Assembly (NCBI GenBank): GCA_030390025.1
Contig: CM059425.1
Location: forward strand, 176,578,001-176,642,000
Direction of reading: 5' to 3'
DNA length: 64,000 bases
Source of the DNA: Squalus acanthias
Lineage: Eukaryota
The translations under genes were made by a program, and so were the position numbers. The notes beneath the pieces were generated by a model that had not been told where the DNA came from, searched no databases, and worked only from the letters and a program-made list of their open reading frames with translations. Positions 58,141 through 64,000 of the stretch are shown piece after piece. How positions within the stretch are numbered: position 1 is the stretch's first letter; every line of letters begins with the position of its first letter.

Positions 58141-60047
58141 CTACTTTTTGCCCTTCGAGGGTGATCTCCTTCCCTTGCGCACTTCCCCCCTTCTAACCCT
58201 ACTGCTCCTCCGTAATGGGACCTCAGTGGCTGCAGCAAGGCTGGTGGAAGGCTGCTGCTCGTCAGACCCTGACACTGCAGATGCCCCTGAAGGACGGCCT
58301 CGACCACTTCTGGGCCTGGAGGGCCCGGCTGCAGACTGCACCAACTCTGCATGGGCGGCAGCAGTCTGTCCTACAGGCGGTGGCAAGTGCAGTGGAGAAG
58401 TGACAGTGTTGGCAGCAGGAATGCTGTCATCGTGAGAGAGGACAGCAACTCCCTGCTCGCCCGACACACTGGCACTCCCACGGGGCAGCACTTCAGCATC
58501 CGGAGCAATTTGCCGGAGAACAGATTGCTGGCCTGCTGCGGCGCGGTGACAGCCCCGGGGACATGTGCACGAACCATCGAGGATGGCAGCAGTCAGTGCT
58601 CGCGTGGCCTCAATCTGAGTCTGCATGAGAGCAGTCTCAGATGGGGTCCTGGCAGCCAGTGACTGAATTGCAGCACTAAGCTTTAGTGTGGCATCCGCCT
58701 GTGCTACAGCGAAGTGCTCCACACTCCTTGCCAGTGACTCAATGCATTCGGGCACCCTTCCCACTGCACCCATGAGCTCAGTGTGCATGCCCACCGCCTG
58801 GCTGTTCATTTCTGCAATCAGCCGCTCCTCCTCTGCGTCCATTGCAGTAGGAGTGTCTGGCATACTCTCCCTCTGGGGAGAAGGCTCCCGTTCTTCCCTC
58901 CCCCCCCCATGGCGTTGCTGCAGCCCGCTGGGTCCTTCCCCCCTGCTCCCCTCCGGGGAAGGCGTGTTCCCAGTGTGGGCATGGGCTTCCTCAGGAGAGG
59001 GTGGCACTGATGCTCCGGCTTCCTCTTCCTCCTCAGCTGCAGCATCACTCCCAGTGGCAGCTTCAGGGCCCGTCTCCTCAGCTGGTGAATCACCATCTGA
59101 AAGCAGGGAGGTACAAGAGTGGCTTTAGCGTGAGGACAGGGTGGCAGTAAGGGAGGAATAAGTGCAGCGAGTTAGCAAGTTGGATTGAAAGTGTCAAAGG
59201 CTGGTATTGTGAGGGACAAGTGGAAGGACAGAGGACAAAAAGGTGATGACCTTACCATTGCTGTCCACAACGGGGTCGGCGTCTCCAGTGGCGACGGGAC
59301 CGATCACCCGGCTTGCCACAATCCTGTGGACGCGCTCCTCCAGATCGCTGAGGGGTTGCAGCTGAAGCCGCCCTCCACCCGTCCGTTGCTGCTGTCTCCG
59401 ATTATGAGCCAGCTTAGCCTGCAAGAAAAAGGACAGCATCTGAGTAAATATACAGCCATGGTCTTGCCTGATGTGCCTCCCATAGGTGAATAGCCCTTAC
59501 AATATACAGCCATGGTCTTGCCTGATGTGCCTCCCATAGGTGAATAGCCCTTACAATATACAGCCATGGTCTTGCCTGATGTGCCTCCCATAGGTGAATA
59601 GCCCTTACAATATACAGCCATGGTCTTGCCTGATGTGCCTCCCATAGTTGAATAGCCCTTACTGTATGCAAAGTGTGGAATGTGTGTGTGTGTTTCATGA
59701 AAGGGCCATAGGTGTTGGATGAGTGTTGTGCATTGGGGTTTTAAGACCCTCTGGCCATAGAGTGAGGTTGAGATGGAGGGATGGAGAGGTATTGAGAAAA
59801 AGCCACTCACCCTGACGACCCGAGTGAGGTCGTTGAACTTTTTGCGGCATTGAACATGGGTCCTGGGCACCATGCTCCTGGAGGAGACGCTCTGAGCCAC
59901 CTCCCTCCACACTCTTCTGAACTCGCGTGGCAAAGGCCTCCTGCCACTCTCCGGGAACAGCATGCATCGTCTGCGCTCCACTGCGTCAACCAGAGCATCC
60001 AAGGCCCGCTCGGTGAAGCGATGAGCTCGTTCTCTCACCCTCTCCAT
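58141..60047 (-). CDS. Harbinger Myb/SANT-like DNA-binding protein; join(60047-59811, 59418-59256, 59096-58141), 451 aa
   Basis: GT-AG introns (phase 0, then phase 1) give an open 1356-nt frame. RFTERALDALV...W..VA...QCRKKFNDL; HNRRQQQRTGGG; basic C-terminus. Confidence 0.9.
59447..59662. repeat. Minisatellite, 4 x 54 bp, in intron 1 of the Myb gene
   Basis: Unit AATATACAGCCATGGTCTTGCCTGATGTGCCTCCCATAGGTGAATAGCCCTTAC at 59447, 59501, 59555 and 59609. Confidence 0.97.
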
Positions 60048-61669
60048 GCTTGGCAGCAAAATGGATTACAGGTCTCTCCAGGCTGAGATTCAAGGCTGCA
60101 ATGAGCAGGGTGTGGCTGGGGAGCAAGTGGCCCCCCCCGCTTTAAGAAGTGTCCGGCGCCATTGTGTCTGTGTTCCCTCGCTAACTGGCAGCAGCTGCGC
60201 TGCGCTCGTGCGCTGAGTTAGCGCCTCACTCCTTGGCCTTTGCGCCTTAAGAGAGGTGTGCAGCGCCTAATTTAGCGCTCCACTCACCTCCCGGGGCGGT
60301 AAAAGTGAAGTTTCCTGTCAGTGCCGATAATTAGCGCCAGGCGCTAATATTTGCGCCCGGACGATATTTGCGCCCCAAATGGGGTGCGACCTAATTTCTA
60401 CCCCCTAGTCTTTAACCATTAAGAAAAGATTCCAATTTGTCTTTCTCAGACCAAAGTGGATGACCTCACACTACCCCACGTTAAACTCCATCTGCCATAG
60501 TTTTACCCACTCATTTAATCTGTCAATGCCCCTTTGTAACCTCCTGCTCCAATCCACACAACTTGCTGTGCCTCCCAACATAATGTCATCGGCAAACTTG
60601 GATACAACTCTCTATTCATTTGTATATATGGTGAAAAGCTAAGGCCCCGGTTCAGAAATGTGACAGTGAGGTGACATGGGACTGCTGTGTTGCGCTGCTG
60701 TTACTCTTCAGTGGGATAAGAGATGAAAGTGCTGGCCAAGCTCATCTATGCATCAGTCACAAAGTTGACATATGTGCAGGCAGCACATTGGCTGGTACTG
60801 CAGATGATCTTTATGCTAGCCTGGAAGGAGACGGGGCAAAAAAGTTGAGGGTAACTCTGACTAATGCTGAAAGTGCTGGCTCTATGATGTCCTTGTGGAA
60901 GACGGCACAGATTTTCAACTGGCTCCATGCTGGCCTGAAACTCCTGCGGAGTCAGTTTGCTACAGCCAGATAGATGTGTCAGAGCCTGCAGGCGTGTGGC
61001 AGTCCAGCTTTGGTAATTGCTGAGCTCCCTGACATGCCTTCTGCCATCTTGTACTAGCTCAGCCAAATATTTGTAGTATTTCAAAACCAACCCAACATTT
61101 ATTTGAACCTGATTTGCTGACCACCATAAGACCTTCACTTCGATGGCTGGTCACTCCCAGTGAAGTTTCTCTTATGAGAGATCCTTTTCATGTTCATTTT
61201 TCGGCTCTTCCTATTTTGGAAATAGTTTAATTGTAGTCATCTTTCTGGTGAATTAGCAGATAATTTGCCTATTTTTGGTTCTACATAAACATTATATACT
61301 GATGAGAGAAGGAATAACTTCTTGAAATGAAACGAAAGAAGGACTTTTAAAAAAGAATAACAAAATGCTGACAAAAAATTAATTAAAAAAAAGTTCAAAA
61401 ATCTTACTGGAAAACTGGAAAATAAAAAAGGCTGAAAAGCCTCTGAATCTTTTAAGAGCTCTATTATCTGTGGAGCTTCCTTTAAGCCCATTTCAAATGG
61501 GTACAACCTGTCCCAAAGAGATGAAAAATTGTGTTAGGTTTCCCTTTTAATATTCAGATGGTACATTTTTAGTGAGATCACTTTAGTCTGGTTTAAAAGG
61601 CCTAAAACCTAGAGCAGCTTCACAATAATAGCTGCAACAACACACACAAAGCTTAACATTATCCAGGAC

Positions 61670-62935
61670 AGAGCAGTCTGCCTATCAGCATCCCTGCCAC
61701 TGGACTCAGTATCCATCCTCTCCACCACTGGTGCACTATGACTGCAGTATGCACTATCTACACAATGCACTGCAGTGACTCTCCAATACCTACTTCAACA
61801 GCACCTCCCGGCCCTGCAACTTCAAACACTGGACAAGAACAGCAATGTCATGGGAACAGTATCACCTCCCAGTCACACACCATTATGATTTAGACACATA
61901 TGGGCTGGATTTTGCCAATGGGGAGCTTTTGGAGGCGGGACTCCCACTTGTCGGGTTTTAGTCCCGCCTCCAACGACTTCTGGCCAACCCATGCTATTTT
62001 CCCTTGATTGACCTTGTTAAGCCCGCCCAGCGGGCTTAGCAGGCCAATTAAGGGAAAGCCGGTGACAGAGAACGTCAACGTATGACGTTTCATCTGTCAA
62101 AAAATTTTGACAGTTGAATTGTCATCGTTTGACAGCTTTGAGAAGCTGTCAAACACTGACATTCTCTGTTGTTTGATGAGTCCTTGTATTCAAGACTTAT
62201 CAAACCTATCTGCTGAGCAGAAATCAGATGGCTGTTGCTTCGGAGAATGTAGCAGCCATTCTGTCATCTCTGCCGCGGAGATGCCGGAGTCTCCGGTTCC
62301 CCAACGGTTGAAGCCTGCAGGAAGAAACAAAGGTAAGTAAACATTTTCTATCACTTTACACTCACCTCACATACTTACCTCTCCACACTTGCACCCATCA
62401 CTCACCTCCACAGCGCACTTTTCGACCCCTCCGACCCCTGCAGACCCACTGCTCGCCTCGCTGACCCTGGCGGGGTTTCCCGACGTCGGGAAGCCCGCAC
62501 TTGCAGGGGTAAAATGGGGATAATCCTCTTAACTGCCTGTTAACTACCTGTTAACAGGCAGTTAAGTGGCTGTAATTCCCTTTCTGCCTCGGGGAGGCGG
62601 CTCCCAGCGCGGGTCGGGTACCCGCCTCCTGGGAAGATGGCACGGAGATGGGTTGGGGGCGGGATGAGCTCCCAACCCCGTTTCTGCCATTTTCCCGGCA
62701 GTCCCGCCTCCAAACCCGCCTCCCCAGGACTGGCAAAATTCCCCCCATAGTGCCATTCCTTTATCGTCACTGGGTCAAAATCCTGGAATTCCCTATGATG
62801 AGAGCACCATCACCACAAGAACTGCAGCAGTTCAAAGAGAAGGCCAAGCACAACCTTCTCAGAGCAACTAGGGAAGGGCAATAAATTCAGCCTTGCTGGA
62901 GTTGCCCAAATCCCAAGAACAAATAAGAAAAAATT
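61670..62935 (+). mobile_element. Decayed 3' end of the 38514-40156 LINE family, split by a MITE
   Basis: Similar to the reverse complement of 38520-38960 on both sides of the MITE. Confidence 0.75.
61902..62746. mobile_element. Harbinger-type MITE
   Basis: TIR GGGCTGGATTTTGCCA / TGGCAAAATTCCCCCC with long subterminal inverted similarity. Resembles the 10697 terminus. TSD imperfect. Confidence 0.8.
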
Positions 62936-63929
62936 CCAGGCCATAAAGAAACTGGTGCCTGGCCTGACCTCCCAGTTCAGCATTCCCTCTGTGCCAGTTG
63001 GACACCTGCCCTTCTGGCACACAGGACTGTGCGATCAGTCCGATGGTGAGATGGTGGGTCGATATGAATAATCTGTGAAAAAGGGATGATCTTCCTGGGC
63101 GAAATGTCTTTTCCTGTTCCTTGAAATTCTTATTCTCTTACGTTCCAGGGCACTGCAGCTTCAACCTGAAGCACAGCTGAAATGGTTCATGGTGGGCGCT
63201 CACTGAGTTAGTAACCTAAAGGGACTATTCCATTTCCTTGAATTTGAAAACTGTTTACTTATCTTTTCAGAATAATGAAATAATTATTGAATAACTGTCC
63301 CACCGAGCAACAAACTTCATCTTGCAGCTCACAGTAAAGAAATGTGCTCCGGAGCTCGCAGTTTCCTTGAAACTGGAATTTTAGAAAAAAGATATTAGAA
63401 AAAAAACTGGTGTCTAACAATGATTTTGACGGGTACTATAACGTAGGACTGGTGATGATTCCAGTAAATAGATACCTCTACCAATGTGGCAGCTGTCAGA
63501 GGTGCACATTAGTCCTTGCAGTTTTCAGAGCTACAGATCGAGAAGCAAACAGATGGAATGTACAGTGGGAATTGCAATCACACATTTTCATTCATTTAAT
63601 CAGCAGCTAGTTGAATGGTGCTGTGGGAAAGGCAGCCTACAGCAAACTGCAGTCAATGATGACTTTTGGGAACGTACCAGGAATTCTATACATAGCTTAG
63701 TGGAATCATCCCTGCTTTCATCTTTATAGATTGCACAGCTGGTAACCTCACATCCGTGGCTGCCATCTCCAGAAGCTATATAAGTGGGAACTGGGTTGGA
63801 CAGCCATATTACCTCACTGACCTGTGTTCAAATACAGCCTATAATGGCAAAATGAAAGTTGTGGCTGTTATTGTGAAGCTGTTGGCTGTAAGGATCCCAC
63901 GTAAATTGGGTATGAAGCAATCTATTGAT

Positions 63930-64000
63930 TGTTTTTTATTTGTTCCTGGGATGTGGGCGTCGCTGGCAAGGCCAGCATTTATTGCCCATCCCTAATTGCC
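63930..64000 (-). mobile_element. 3' end of another copy of the 38514-40156 LINE family
   Basis: Near-identical to 38515-38585. Confidence 0.85.

Larger units (their letters stand above)
56174..60404. mobile_element. Intact autonomous PIF/Harbinger transposon (4231 bp)
   Basis: TIR GGGGTAAAAATT / AATTTCTACCCC, CTA TSD, two intact convergent genes. Confidence 0.97.
55290..60650 (-). mobile_element. Old CR1 3' fragment hosting the hAT MITE and the intact Harbinger
   Basis: LVRPHLEYCIQFW at about 55970-56010. CR1 resumes after 60407 (KFADD at about 60585). Confidence 0.85.

Noticed and set aside
59447..59662. CRISPR-like array or repeat-containing protein (ORF 59304-60059)
   Set aside because: Head-to-tail units without spacers in eukaryotic DNA. 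The ORF is read-through of exon 1 into the intron.
60671..61240. Possible host exon or pseudogene (ORFs 60671-60973 and 60746-61138)
   Set aside because: No recognisable domain or convincing splice pair; cannot be supported without a database search.

Overview
Eukaryotic, repeat-dense, apparently non-genic DNA from a cartilaginous fish (an HE1-type V-SINE points to a shark or ray). No host protein-coding exon could be supported, and much of the window is nested transposable elements. (1) An apparently intact autonomous PIF/Harbinger transposon (56174-60404, CTA TSD) encodes a 386-aa DDE transposase and a convergent three-exon Myb/SANT partner gene (about 451 aa). Degenerate relatives and more than ten Harbinger-type non-autonomous elements/MITEs surround it. 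(2) A very young Neptune-type Penelope-like retroelement (47861-52326, 15-bp TSD) has an intact RT + GIY-YIG ORF, a partial-tandem plus inverted architecture and three minimal hammerhead ribozymes. (3) A separate 110-bp TSD-flanked mini-retroposon is little more than a hammerhead of different sequence but the same fold. (4) An LTR retroelement/ERV remnant (about 4641-9280) has a tRNA-Lys PBS, a coiled-coil gag-like ORF and unrecognised 3' ORFs. Its single LTR lies in the middle (permuted order), and it joins halves of two different Harbinger elements. (5) Many CR1, L2 and related LINE fragments, SINEs and one hAT-type MITE fill the rest. Boundaries of old fragments are approximate; those with TSDs were read to the base.
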